A DNA stretch of 64,000 nucleotides from Eledone cirrhosa (taxonomy: Eukaryota). A program made the translations under genes and the position numbers. Below, piece after piece: positions 1 to 12,275 of this stretch. The stretch covers positions 16,306,001-16,370,000 of the forward strand of contig OZ024750.1 of the NCBI GenBank assembly GCA_964016885.1. The letters run 5' to 3'. Below the pieces are notes generated by a model. It was not told where the DNA came from. It did not search any database and was given only the letters and a program-made list of their open reading frames with translations. Position 1 is the first letter of the stretch, and each line of letters opens with the position of its first letter.

Positions 1-325
1 CCAACACCAACATCACCACCAACACCAACACCAACACCACCACCACCACCCACCAACACCAACATCACCACCAACACCAACAACAACACCACCACCAACA
101 TCAACAACACCAACACCCAACACCAACCACCCACCACCACCATCACCAACACACACACCAACACCAACATCACCACCAACACCAACAGCACCACCAACAC
201 CAACACCACACCACCACCAACACCAACATCACCACCAACACCACCCTCCAACACCAACACCAACACCAACATCACCACCAACACCACCTCCAACACCAAC
301 ACCAACACCACCACCAACATCAACA
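1..325. repeat. Complex (CCA/CAA)n microsatellite
   Basis: Degenerate ccaacacca/ccacca trinucleotide array. Confidence 0.95.
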
Positions 326-494
326 TCGACAAACCAACATATCAACTTCTATAGAAACAACAGCATCTATGTACATACTTTCAAACGAACCCCAAATATA
401 TTCGCCATATATTACATCTCACTAAACTAAAATCTATTTCCATAAATCAAAGTATACAAGTAGACGAAATGGCCGAGTCGTTAGAACCTGGTGG

Positions 495-790
495 GTGTCT
501 GCGAATAACCCAGGTTCTGCTGCACGTCGGGCTGAGGAGGTCAAACTCTTCAAATACCGGTCGCTCTCCGACAGGTTTGCGGTCGTTCCCTGGCAGTGGA
601 GACTTCTGGTGTCCTCGGGCCTAGGGCTACCCCCCTACTCACCAACCACCATAGGCGTTGAGCTGGCCAGCCGCAGGTGGGAGCCTCGCGAGCTGGAATG
701 GCTTTTCCAGCGCGTCTCCCTTGCCGTCCTCCGGGGAAACGCCTTCTCCATTCTGCCCGCCGGGGCTGTGGGGAGGCCACCAATATGGTT
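495..790 (+). pseudogene. 5'-truncated 3' end of a CRE-clade non-LTR retrotransposon (C-terminal restriction-like endonuclease region)
   Basis: GC-rich island. With two compensating frameshifts it translates as AARRAEEVKLFKYRSLSDRFAVVP/LAVETSGVLGPRATPLLT/TIGVELASRRWEPRELEWLFQRVSLAVLRGNAFSIL. This matches the K..KY, P.A.ET.G..G and QR.S.A..RGNA pattern I recognise from CRE C-termini. Confidence 0.75.
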
Positions 791-981
791 GACTGACTTG
801 TCGTTTTATCAGTCAAATGTTTTTAGACGTCTGTGTAGAACAGTAGTATGTTTTCTGTGATAGTCACTTTGGTTTTCTGGGCTCTCAGCTGAAATCACAC
901 TCAAGACCAATTTTGACATTTCGACTTTCATCCGTTTGAGTTCGAGAAAATAATATACCTGTCCAGTATTAAGGGCAATTT

Positions 982-1348
<367 letters not shown>

Positions 1349-1659
1349 CCACATAGATGCATACATAGATATCATCAACACACGATATTTGCCGGAGTTT
1401 CCTTCCTTGGCACGAACGAAACGTTAGGTGCGGCGGCGCTGCATCTATATCGATCTGTATCACGGACTGATTCGATGACGTCAGTGTTACCTTGGTGATT
1501 AGCAACAAGTACTCGCTTTCCAAAAGGAGGCTGTATGTTTAATCAAGGACAATTACTGCCGAAAATCTTCTTTAGGCTTAAAATCTCGAGTGACATGACA
1601 TTTGATTCAGACACCACTCCCACCAACAACGGCCCCACCACCAATAACACGACCCCTAC

Positions 1660-2745
1660 ACTAATACTACCAATACATCTACCACAACTACCAACATAGC
1701 CACCACTACCACCACTACCACCACTAACAACATAGCCACCACTACCACCACTACCACCACTAACAATATAGCCACCACTACCACCACTGCCACCACCACC
1801 ACCACCACCACTACCACCACCACCACCACCAGTACGACCACTGACACCACTACTACCCCCACTACCACCACCACCACCACCACTATCACCACTAACAACA
1901 TAGCCACCACTACCACCACTACTACCACTACCACCACCACTACCACCACTACCACCACTACCACCACTACAACCACTGACACCACTACTACCCCCACTAC
2001 CACCACTACCACCACCACCACTACCACTACTACCACCACTACCACCACTACCACTACCACCACTACCACCACTACCAACACTGCCACCACTACCACCACT
2101 ACCAACACTGCCACCACTACCACTACCACCACTACCACCACTACCACTACCACCACTACCACCACTACCACCACTACCACCACTACCACCACTACCACTA
2201 CCGCCATGCCACCACTACCACCACTACCAACACTGCCACCACTACCACTACCACCCCTACCACCACTACCACCACTACCACCACTACCAACACTGCCACC
2301 ACTACCACCACTACCACTACCACCACTACCACCACTACCACTACCACCACTACCACCACTACCACCACTACCACCACTACCCCTACCACCACTACCACCA
2401 CTACCACCACTATCACCACTACCACTACCACCACTACCACCACTACCACCACTACCACCACTACCACCACTATCACCACTACCACTACCACCACTACCAC
2501 CACTACCACCACTACCACCACTATCACCACTACCACTACCACCACTACCACCACTACCACCACTACCACCACTACCAACACTGCCACCACCACTACCACC
2601 ACTACCACCACTACCACCACATTCGTCATCATCATCAACACCAACAACATCATTTCATCTACCATCGTCACCGTTTCCAACATCTTTGTCATCATCATCA
2701 TCATCATCATCGTCGTCATTGTTGTTGTTGTTGTTGTTGTTGTTA
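1660..2745. repeat. (CCA/CTA)n complex microsatellite followed by (TCA)n and (TTG)n
   Basis: Direct inspection; source of the poly-V and poly-P ORFs. Confidence 0.97.
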
Positions 2746-2903
2746 TTGTCATGTCAGCTTATATATGTAATGTATGTGAAGCAGTGAATAGTCAAAGTTT
2801 CTGGAAAGTCAGATAGAATACTTTCTTCTATTCATTCTGGTCCTCCATACTCTGAGTTCAAATATATATATATATATATAGTCAAATATATATATATATA
2901 TAC

Positions 2904-3042
2904 AGTCAAGAAATAGCCGTCGAAACGGCTTGAGCTCTGCCGTCGGGGTCATACTTTTTCCTATTACCCACTCTACTACCCTAAGAATTGAGTACTCTGG
3001 TGCGTTATTGTCCATCTGGTTCTTTACCACAATTCCTTCGTT
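2904..3042 (+). mobile_element. Short TA-embedded element, family I (3' half of a hammerhead: GAAA-CGGC..GCCG-UC)
   Basis: Homologous copies at 20005-20145, 39661-39780 and 63148-63338; flanked by (TA)n. Confidence 0.65.
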
Positions 3043-3063
3043 ATATATATATATAGAGAGAGA

Positions 3064-3185
3064 GTGAAGGCGTGTGGCTGAGTGGTTAGAGAATTGGATT
3101 CACAATCGTAAGGTTGTGAGTTCGATTCCTGGACCAGGCGATGCGTTATGTCCTTGAGCAAGACACTTTATTTCACGTTGCTCTT
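3064..3185 (+). mobile_element. tRNA-derived SINE family 2 (head)
   Basis: A box tggctgagtgg, B box gagttcgattcc, then tccttgagcaagacactt; near-identical copy at 3818-3948. Confidence 0.8.
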
Positions 3186-3298
3186 TCTACCTGGAGTTGC
3201 GACCGATAGATAGTATTAGCAATTGGAAAGACCAACGGAAACATTGTTCCCTCGGTCCGATTTGACGAAAGTAGATCGTTCCTTTAAAATATAGAGAG

Positions 3299-3563
3299 AG
3301 AGAAAATTGAGGTTGGTAATGGCACATGGAATATATAAGAGACAGAATACTTTTTTGTGAAAAAACATATAATTTTATAAGGTAAGGAAATAATAAAGGG
3401 TATAAAAAATGACCGGTTTCGATGGCTTTTGCAGACCCATCGAAACCGGTCATTTTTTATACCCTTTATTATTTCCTTACCTTATAAAATTATATGTTTT
3501 TTCACAAAAAAGTATTCTGTCTCTTATATATTCCATGTGCCATTACCAACCTCAATTTTCTCT
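3299..3563. repeat. Perfect fold-back inverted repeat (127-bp arms, 11-nt loop) containing a hammerhead 3' half
   Basis: Arms 3299-3425 and 3437-3563; GATGG-loop-CCATC-GAAA-CCGG-TC at 3421-3451. Confidence 0.9.
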
Positions 3564-3594
3564 ATAACCTTCGTTTTGTGTAGTAAATTACACT

Positions 3595-3948
<354 letters not shown>

Positions 3949-4054
3949 TCTTCTACCTGGAGTTGCGACCGATAGATAGTATTAGCAATTGGAAAGACCA
4001 ATGGAAACATTGTTTCCTCGGTCCGATTTGACGAAAGTCGATCGATTGGAAAAA

Positions 4055-4090
<36 letters not shown>

Positions 4091-4097
4091 GTGTGTA

Positions 4098-4135
<38 letters not shown>

Positions 4136-4141
4136 AATATG

Positions 4142-4177
<36 letters not shown>

Positions 4178-4342
4178 AATATTGTTTTGTAAGGTTTTGG
4201 ATATGAAATCGTGTGTCGAAACAAATATTGTTATACACACGCAAACGCATGCGCAGAGACAGAGACAATAAATAAATAAATAAATAAATAAATAAAACAT
4301 GAATGGCGTAGACATTACAATACAATAGGAGGGAACATAATA

Positions 4343-4386
4343 GTACCACTGATGATGTTGCAGATGTGCAACGAAAGAACATTGAT

Positions 4387-4388
<2 letters not shown>
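4343..4388 (+). ncRNA. Degenerate hammerhead ribozyme-like motif
   Basis: CTGATGA (4349)-T-GTTGCA gatg TGCAAC-GAAA (4373); stems I and III imperfect; directly upstream of (TA)n. Confidence 0.45.
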
Positions 4389-4425
<37 letters not shown>

Positions 4426-4469
4426 TAAAGGGGTACGTCAATGTCTATTTATAAAACTGTTATATATTG

Positions 4470-4534
4470 TATTTTCTCTGATGAAGGCATACCATAATGT
4501 AACTTGGTATCCTTGAAATATATATAATGAAATA
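4470..4534 (+). ncRNA. Minimal type-I hammerhead ribozyme, family A
   Basis: TATTTTCT-CTGATGA-AGGcATACCA..TGGTATCCTT-GAAA-TATATA-TA-ATGAAATA; element about 4430-4575 between (TA)n tracts. Confidence 0.7.
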
Positions 4535-4765
4535 AATATGGTTTTATAAATAAAGTTTCCATTTATTAATATCGTATATATATATATATATATTTATATC
4601 TGTATTTTTAACTGTTGGTCAATCAATGATAAACATTGATTGCCAAATTAATTAACTATGGAGATATAAAAGATACAGAAGCGAAAACCAACCAAACAGT
4701 GACTGTGTTCTGTTATTATTTCTGGCAATATTTTTACAATCATGTGACTGTACCCAAGTATAACA

Positions 4766-4887
<122 letters not shown>

Positions 4888-5246
4888 GGAAAATAGGGCT
4901 TAAAAAATGCAATGACTGAACGTTTGGTTCTTGAGAGGTTTTCTGTAGTAATATACCTAGTAATTTGAGGATTACCTACTTTTGTTTAATTTTAGCGGTT
5001 TCACGTGTGTTTACAGCCTTTTCAAAAAAAATTTTCGTTGCATTCTTTCGAACAATTATTATCGTTTCTGTTTATCTCACATAGTTCGCCGCTTAGGTTT
5101 TTGCTGAACACAAGGGACGCAACGGATTTCATCTTTGTCGCTTATATCGAGAAGAATATGGTTCATTACAAGGGACGTAATTCAGGCTTTTTCAAATATT
5201 TTTTATGCAGGAAAAAATTTGAGTTTTGGCTTGAATTTACTTATTA

Positions 5247-5296
<50 letters not shown>

Positions 5297-5404
5297 TGTG
5301 TGTGTGTGTGATTTACCGAATACCGATATAAAGTCAGTTTCATTTCATCAAATAATTTTTTGCATTAAATTTTTAAGTTTTTCCATGTGTGTATTTGTGT
5401 GTGT

Positions 5405-5592
5405 AATAATTGTTTCTACTTTTTGGCACAAGGCCAGCAATTACCCAGTGCATTACTGGTACTTTATTTTATCGACCACGTAAGGATGAAAGGCAAAGTT
5501 AACCTCGGCGGGATTTGAACTCAGAATGGCAAGGGCTGGAACTCTATGCGTCAAAGCATGGCGTCCGACCCTCTACCGATACTGCCAATCCA
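5405..5592 (-). mobile_element. tRNA-derived SINE family 1 (Deu/Nin-like core)
   Basis: Reverse complement has A box tggcagtatcgg, B box gagttcaaatcc, core gcctttcatccttacg.ggtcgataaaataaagtaccag and tail gtagaaacaattatt. Confidence 0.85.
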
Positions 5593-6021
5593 GTGTGTAA
5601 TAATGTTTGTAAGTACTTATTCGTTTGTATGTGTGTGTGTATGTATGTGTGTGTGTGTGTGTACGTATGTGTGTATACATGTAAGTATGTAAGTATATAA
5701 ATGAGTGTAAAGAGGAAGCGATGGTACAGATAAAACGTTGTGACGTCATAATGTTACAGAGAAAATGTAGATATATATATATACTATTACACACAGAATA
5801 TCATAATAGAATGTTTATATGATGTAGATAAGAACTTTCCTTTGATGCCCATAAAATATTTCCATCATAGTTTCTATTGAACTTCTTAATTATCAGTAAC
5901 TATGGAATTTAACCCGTATTAAGTTGGCATAACATTATCTGGTAGTTAATATACTATATATCTATATATATCTATATATCTATATCTATATATATATACA
6001 CACACATTGTATATTTGCATA

Positions 6022-6469
6022 TCTATATATCTAAAACAGAAAATGTCTGTCTGTCTGTCTGTCTGACTCCCTAAAATTCGAGAACCACCCAACCGATTTT
6101 TTCAAATTTTACACATGTAATACTTATGGTCGTGTGAGTGTTTTGAACAAAAAATATTTCAAATTTTCAATGCCCTATGGACCGCATTAGGCGCCGGTTA
6201 GTGATCTCTCTCTCTTCCTTAGTCTGTCTTTTTAGATAGATACATAGCTATAACGTCGCGCCCTTATAATATCTGTCTGTATGTCTGGCTGTCTGAATTA
6301 CGCCATTATGTAAACGTCTTCACGACCCAAAGTATCGTCTTCCTGTTTTCCTTCGGTTGCAACGTTTTTCGAAATATTTACTTCTGCGTTCACAGATTGA
6401 TCTTTTTCGTTTCAAAAGATCCCGTTAAGGGTGAAAGCAGCGATTCTTTGCTTAAACTTTAATCTTTTA

Positions 6470-6509
<40 letters not shown>

Positions 6510-6968
6510 ATTCTATATTCGTGTACAGATATTTTTGCATACACAAAAACAAAATATAAACAAGCGTATTTATTTCACGAAAGCACAGACGGCTTATCGT
6601 TATGGTTACTGCCGAGATGCCGCCCAAAAAGTCCCACTACTTTTGGCACAAGACCAGCAATTACATAGTCAACGGTTCGGAAATCACATGCATCACTGAC
6701 GAGTTTACTCCTTACTGTACCAGTTGGTCTTAGTGTACTTCGTCCTGCTTTTAGGTCATGCCTCGAAGAAAGAGATACTCCATTGGCCGAAATACTGCGA
6801 AAACGGCAAGAAAAAGAACAAGGCGGGCAAACGAATCGTCAGTGGAATCTGCTATTCGACGGTCACAAGGCCGAGGTAATCCGTACTTCTCTGTACTGTT
6901 TCAGAAAGGAGAGATAAACATGCCAATCTATGTTTAGAATCCCGAGCAACGCCGGGCCATTCTGCTAG
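6022..6968 (+). mobile_element. Non-autonomous Helitron
   Basis: 5' TC after A (6021), (GTCT)n near the 5' end, subterminal hairpin cccgagcaacgccggg (6941-6956), 3' CTAG before T (6969), no TSD. Internal remnant MPRRKRYSIGRNTAKTARKRTRRANESS resembles a Rep/Hel N-terminus. Confidence 0.8.
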
Positions 6969-7002
6969 TAGATATATATGTGATCTACCAACTCATAATA
7001 TT

Positions 7003-7187
7003 ATAATTGTCTCTACTTTTGGCACAAGGCCAGCAATTATCACAGTACATAACTGGTACTTTATTTTATCGACCCCGTAAGGATGAAAGGCAAAGTCAAC
7101 CTCGGCGGGATTTGAACTCAGACCATAAAGGGGCGTAACTCTATGCTGCAAAGCATGGCGTCCGACCATCTACCGGTTCTGCCAATC
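7003..7187 (-). mobile_element. SINE family 1
   Basis: Same A/B boxes and core as 5405-5592. Confidence 0.85.
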
Positions 7188-7349
7188 TCCCGCTCTAATA
7201 ATAATAATTATTATTTCTACTATAGGCAAAAGGTCAGCAATTTTTTTAGGGGGAGGGGAAAGTCAATTAAATCGACCCCAGTGCATTACAGGTGCTTTAT
7301 TTTATCAGGTGCTTTATTTTATCTCTAATAATAATAATAATAATAATAA

Positions 7350-7529
7350 TTTTTTCTACTTTTGGCACAAGGCCAGCAATTACTCAGTACATTACTGGTA
7401 CTTTATTTTATCGACCCCGTAAGGATGAAAGGCAAAGTCAACCTTGGCGAGATTTGAACTCAGACCATAAAGGGGCGTAACTCTTTGCTTGCAAAGCATG
7501 GTGTCCGATTCTCTACCGATACTGCCAAT
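7350..7529 (-). mobile_element. SINE family 1 (partial long-form 3' fragment at 7208-7300 adjacent)
   Basis: Same consensus. Confidence 0.85.
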
Positions 7530-7654
7530 TATAATAATAATAATATTAGTGTGTTCATTTATTGGCCACAAGGGCCGACATTTAGGGCAGAATGATAATA
7601 AATATATGTGTGATATCCATCGAGGGAATGGTGAATGTAAAACATGATCCCCCG

Positions 7655-8360
7655 CCACCACCACCGCCACCACCATCACCACCGCCATCACCGCCGCCGC
7701 CGCCGCCATCACCATCACCACCATCACTACCAACAGAAACCTATCACTATCACCTGCAACAGCATCACCAACACCACCACCGCCCTCATCATCACCACCA
7801 CCACCACCACCAACATCGCCAGCATCAGCACCATCACCTCTACCAACAGAAACCTATCGCTGTCCCCTCCACCGACATCACCAACACCATTGCCTCCCTT
7901 ATCGCCATCAGCACGGCCACCACCACCACCACCACCACCAATATCGCCAGCATCAGCACCATCGCCTCTACCAACAGAAACCTATCGCTATCCCCTCCAC
8001 CAACATCACCAACACCATTGCCTCCCTTATCGCCATCAGCACGGCCACCACCACCACCACCACCACCACCACCACCACCACCACCAACATCGCCAGCATC
8101 AGCACCATCGCCTCTACCAACAGAAACCTATCGCTATCCCCTCCACCAACATCACCAACACCATTGCCTCCCTTATCGCCATCAGCACGGCCACCACCAC
8201 CACCACCACCACCACCACCACCACCACCACCAACATCGCCAGCATCAGCACCATCGCCTCTACCAACAGAAATCTATCGCTATCCCCTCCACCAACATCA
8301 CCAACACCATTGCCTCCCTTATCGCCACCAGCACGGCCACCACCACCACCACCACCATCA
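7655..8360. repeat. Minisatellite of about 110-150 bp units (conserved block plus variable (CCA)n), about 5 copies
   Basis: Repeated aacatcgccagcatcagcaccatcgcctctaccaacagaaacctatcgctatcccctccaccaacatcaccaacaccattgcctcccttatcgccatcagcacgg. Confidence 0.9.
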
Positions 8361-9126
8361 CAAATTTCAATATTGATATTAACGTGATTGATCATCCTAA
8401 TGATGACGTCAGAGATCTTTATGTCAACAAATGAAGTATATAAAAATCTCCCCGTCCCCATCTCTCCCCATCCCCACCCCAATAACGCTAATGATATGTT
8501 TACATTAACACATATTGTCACAGATTTATTGTTATAAGCGGAGTGGGTAGTTCGTTGAAGTGTAACCCTGAAGGTAACACTGGTACTTAGCTAATTGTGA
8601 AAGGGTCTGTATACCACAATCAGTACTAACAACACTCGCAATAGTAGCACTACCACTATCAAAGAGTAAAGACCCCCTTCGGTCAGGAATGACTATGGGA
8701 TTTGCACATAGAAAGTTTCTCTCTGAGTCACAAGTCCTTGCAAGGGTGTTTTGTGGAAGACCAGCAATCACCGATGCATATGAGTCAACGGCCATCCAAA
8801 AATGTGTAAATATGTATAGTATTAAGGATACTATTTATGGTTATGTATATGCTAAAACCTTTTATAGTTATATATATTTTATGTAAACAATCATTGAAAA
8901 ATTGCTCCGAAGACTCCAAACCTCGGTTAGGAAGAAACAATTGTAAGCGAATAAATGATTTGAACAGAACTTTGATTCATGTAATTTCTATAAATATGTA
9001 TATACATGTATGCATATGTATATATATATAAATAAATATGTATATACATGTATGCATGTGTATATATGTAAATATATATATGTATATACATGTATGCATG
9101 TGTATGTATATGCGCGGGGACATAGA

Positions 9127-9462
9127 AATAATCGGGCTGGATACCCAATCGCGCGGTTAAACCACTGGGAGTGAAGGACCCCTAGCCTTTCTCAGAGCAT
9201 TCTTCTAGGAGAAGGCAACTCAGGAAACTGGGATAACTCCGACATAAAACCTGCGGCTCAGTAGATACCGATGATGTTGATCTTTTCTTCTTTTCGAGTT
9301 ATAGCTACTGTTGCTCAGAGAGTGGGATTGGCTCAGTGCACAGTCTTTCCTCACTTTAAAAAAATCTTCACCCACAGGCATTGCACGATAGCATTAATTA
9401 ATAATTATCAATAATGTTATATCGCGCAATGGTCATACTCGATAACGAGGGTACAGCCATGA
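9127..9462 (+). mobile_element. RTE-related non-autonomous element, family R1
   Basis: Copies at 42146-42452 (-) and 44548-44797 (-); 3' end ccatactcgataacgaggg..cagccat followed by an (ATGT)n tail typical of RTE 3' ends. Confidence 0.65.
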
Positions 9463-9584
9463 TGTATGTATGTGTGACAGCTCACACCTATGCAGGTTTA
9501 GCTGGCCTCACCCAAGGTATATCTCGTTGGAAGTGTCTTGGGTAATTTAATGATAGGGACGCCAGTCCTATCATCTCATTTCTA

Positions 9585-9720
9585 CAACTGAGTAAACTGG
9601 AGCAACGTGAAATAAAGTGTCATGCTCAAGGAAACAACACATCACCCGGTCCGAGAATTGAACTCACAACCTTTCGATTGCAAGCCAAATGCTCTAACCA
9701 CTAAGCCATGCGCCTTCACA
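9585..9720 (-). mobile_element. tRNA-derived SINE family 2
   Basis: Reverse complement of the 3064 head (gtgaaggcgcatggcttagtggttagag...). Confidence 0.8.
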
Positions 9721-9761
9721 TGTATGTATGTATGTATGTATATATCACCATATATTTATAT

Positions 9762-10362
9762 CAGGTCACCAGTTGGTGCTACTGGTAACATGTATCCCAG
9801 TACAACCTGTCTCATGGTCGTTGGCGTCTAAACTGGCAACCCCACCAAGGTTTCTTGGTGAGGAGGGTGACTTTAGACATCCTGCAGGACTAAAAACAAA
9901 ACCTGTCAAAGGGCAAAAGAGCTCTTAAGAGTCAATGGCCATCCAAAATCACCGGGAGAGATGACCCCTTAGCCTTTGTCAAGGCAGAATTCTAGGAGAA
10001 GGAAAACTCTGATATAACACCTGCAACTCTGATGGTATCCAATGATGTTGACTTGTTTTTCTTTTTGGTAAATATCATCTTGGTTAAGAGAGTGTGACTG
10101 GCTTTGTGCAGTGCCTTTGCTCACTATAAAAGCTTCACGGCTCAGGCATTGCTTTATATCTGGAGATCTCTCTGCACTTGTCGTCACATGGTACCATGGG
10201 CCCAGCACTATGTGTCAATAATTGTCACAAGTGTAGTGTTTGTACCAGAGTTTTCAAGTCGCTGGCTGGACTAAAAAGTCACATTCGTTCAGCACATCGG
10301 TAGGGCTTCTCCTACATGGATATAAAGTAGTGACCGTACTCGAAAACGAGTTGGCAGCCACC

Positions 10363-10395
<33 letters not shown>

Positions 10396-10440
10396 TGTAT
10401 GTATGTATGTATGTATGTATGTATGTATGTATGTATGTAT
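9762..10440 (+). mobile_element. RTE-related non-autonomous element, family R2, with (ATGT)n tail
   Basis: Near-identical to 43836-44370; near the 3' end a decayed C.xx.C...FKS.AGLKSH zinc-finger-like remnant, then ccgtactcgaaaacgagttggcagccacc and (ATGT)n. Confidence 0.65.
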
Positions 10441-10831
10441 ATGTGTGTATTTGTGTACGTATATATGTGTATATGTATTTTTCTTCCGCCATACTCGATA
10501 ACGAGGGGGCAGCCATCGTGTGTGTTTATGTGTGTCAGTGTGTGTAGTGTATGTGTGTAAACCATACCTGTACATGTCTACAAAAATGTTAATCATTTGC
10601 TAATCTGACGATGACGTAAAGCAGTCCAAACAATAACAAAAAAACAGCCATCATTTGTCGACAGAGACACAGACATTGAAATGGTCAAAAGAAAATAAAA
10701 CATCTTGTCTTACTTTAATAAAACTTGTCATACGTTATATATTATATAAGATGATAATTAATGTATCCATATCATACACACAGAGCACACACACTGACTT
10801 ACATACATATATACATACATGCATACATAAA

Positions 10832-10901
<70 letters not shown>

Positions 10902-11109
10902 ATGTTGAAAAAGTAACACACTAGAGAGAGATACAGTGCGCTATCAATAAAACAGGGGGAAAAAAAAATATATATATGTAGAAGTTATATTTAAATTGTT
11001 GGGATACAACAAGCAAATATTTTTATAACTGATATAAAGCACTCAACAAATTATTGGAGTAAAAATACGATATATTAACAAATGGAAACTATATTTATAA
11101 AACCATATT

Positions 11110-11174
11110 TATTTCATTATACATATTTCAAGGACACCAAGTTAAATTATGGTGTGCTTTCATCAGATAAAATA
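11110..11174 (-). ncRNA. Minimal type-I hammerhead ribozyme, family A (mirror copy)
   Basis: Reverse complement of 11335-11399. Confidence 0.75.
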
Positions 11175-11334
11175 TAATATAGATCAGTTTTATAAATAAA
11201 TATTGACATACCCTTAAAGAATGCAAGCATTACTCTTGGAAGCTCCCGGATAGTACTATCCGGGAGCTTCCAACAGAAATTGTCGCATTCTTTAAGGGTA
11301 TGTCAATATTTATTTATAAAACTGATCTATATTA

Positions 11335-11399
11335 TATTTTATCTGATGAAAGCACACCATAATTTAACTTGGTGTCCTTGAAATATGTATAATGAAATA
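11335..11399 (+). ncRNA. Minimal type-I hammerhead ribozyme, family A
   Basis: Stem I TATTTTAT/ATGAAATA, CTGATGA 11343, stem II AAGcACACCA/TGGTGTcCTT, GAAA 11380, stem III A-TATGTA-T, predicted cleavage after AUA at 11391. Confidence 0.8.
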
Positions 11400-11440
11400 A
11401 ATATGGTTTTATAAATATAGTTTCCATTTGTTAATATATC

Positions 11441-11496
<56 letters not shown>

Positions 11497-11699
11497 CCAA
11501 TATAAAGCGTGAAACTAATAAGACATGTCGTACCTCTGTTTGTTGTCTCCTTGAACTATTTATATTGATAACTAGCAATGAACTCAATACTTGAGTGTTA
11601 CTTGATTTCATTGACCCCAGAAGGATAGAAGACAAAGTGTACTTAGTGAAATTTGAACTCAGAATCTAAACTTTTGAATTACAAATACATTTCCTCTTA

Positions 11700-11838
11700 T
11701 AATTATTTCTACTCTTGACACAACGCCAGCACTTATCCCAGTTCATTACTGGTTACTTTATTAACTCGGACCATAAAGGGCCGTAACTCTATGCTGCAAA
11801 GCATGGCGTTCGACCCTCTACCGATACTGCCAATCCAC
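11700..11838 (-). mobile_element. SINE family 1, internally deleted
   Basis: Head and tail present, core missing. Confidence 0.7.
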
Positions 11839-11860
11839 GTCGTTTATAATATAAGGTGAA

Positions 11861-12230
11861 TGGCTGCGCATTCCACAGTCACATATACTCTTAACGCAAT
11901 TCTCGTGAGATTCAATGTGTAACAAGGTTTGACCTGTGAGTTACAGGTACACTCCATCTTGCATTATGGCTGCATATTCCATAGTTACGCATACTCTTAA
12001 CGCAATTCTCGTGAGATTCAATGTGTAAGAAGGTTTGACCTGTGAGTTACAGGTACACTCCATCTTGCATTATGGCTGCATATTCCATAGTTACGCATAC
12101 TCTTAACGCAATTCTCGTGAGATTCAATGTGTAAGAAGGTTTGACCTGTGAGTTACAGGTACACTCCATCTTGCATTATGGCTGCATATTCCATAGTTAC
12201 GCATACTCTTAACGCAATTCTCAGGGAGAT
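11861..12230 (+). repeat. 106-bp tandem repeat (about 3.5 copies) derived from a dispersed repeat
   Basis: Units start at 11861, 11967, 12073 and 12179; related monomers near 35912-36110, 47175-47280 and 58375-58430. Confidence 0.9.
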
Positions 12231-12275
12231 TAAGTGTGATAAAATGTGTGACAAGGTTGTCTCTTTCAATTACAC

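Larger units (their letters stand above)
11068..11441. mobile_element. Fold-back element family A: about 187-bp arms, axis 11254/11255, two divergent hammerheads
   Basis: Arms are reverse complements apart from a mismatched patch near 11226-11235/11274-11283; central perfect palindrome ttggaagctcccggatagt|actatccgggagcttccaa. Confidence 0.85.

Noticed and set aside
3064-3135. tRNA gene
   Set aside because: A and B boxes are present, but there is no proper acceptor stem and it continues into a repeated SINE body.
9762-9830. HDV-like ribozyme at the RTE-derived 5' end
   Set aside because: I could not identify the nested double-pseudoknot pairings by eye.
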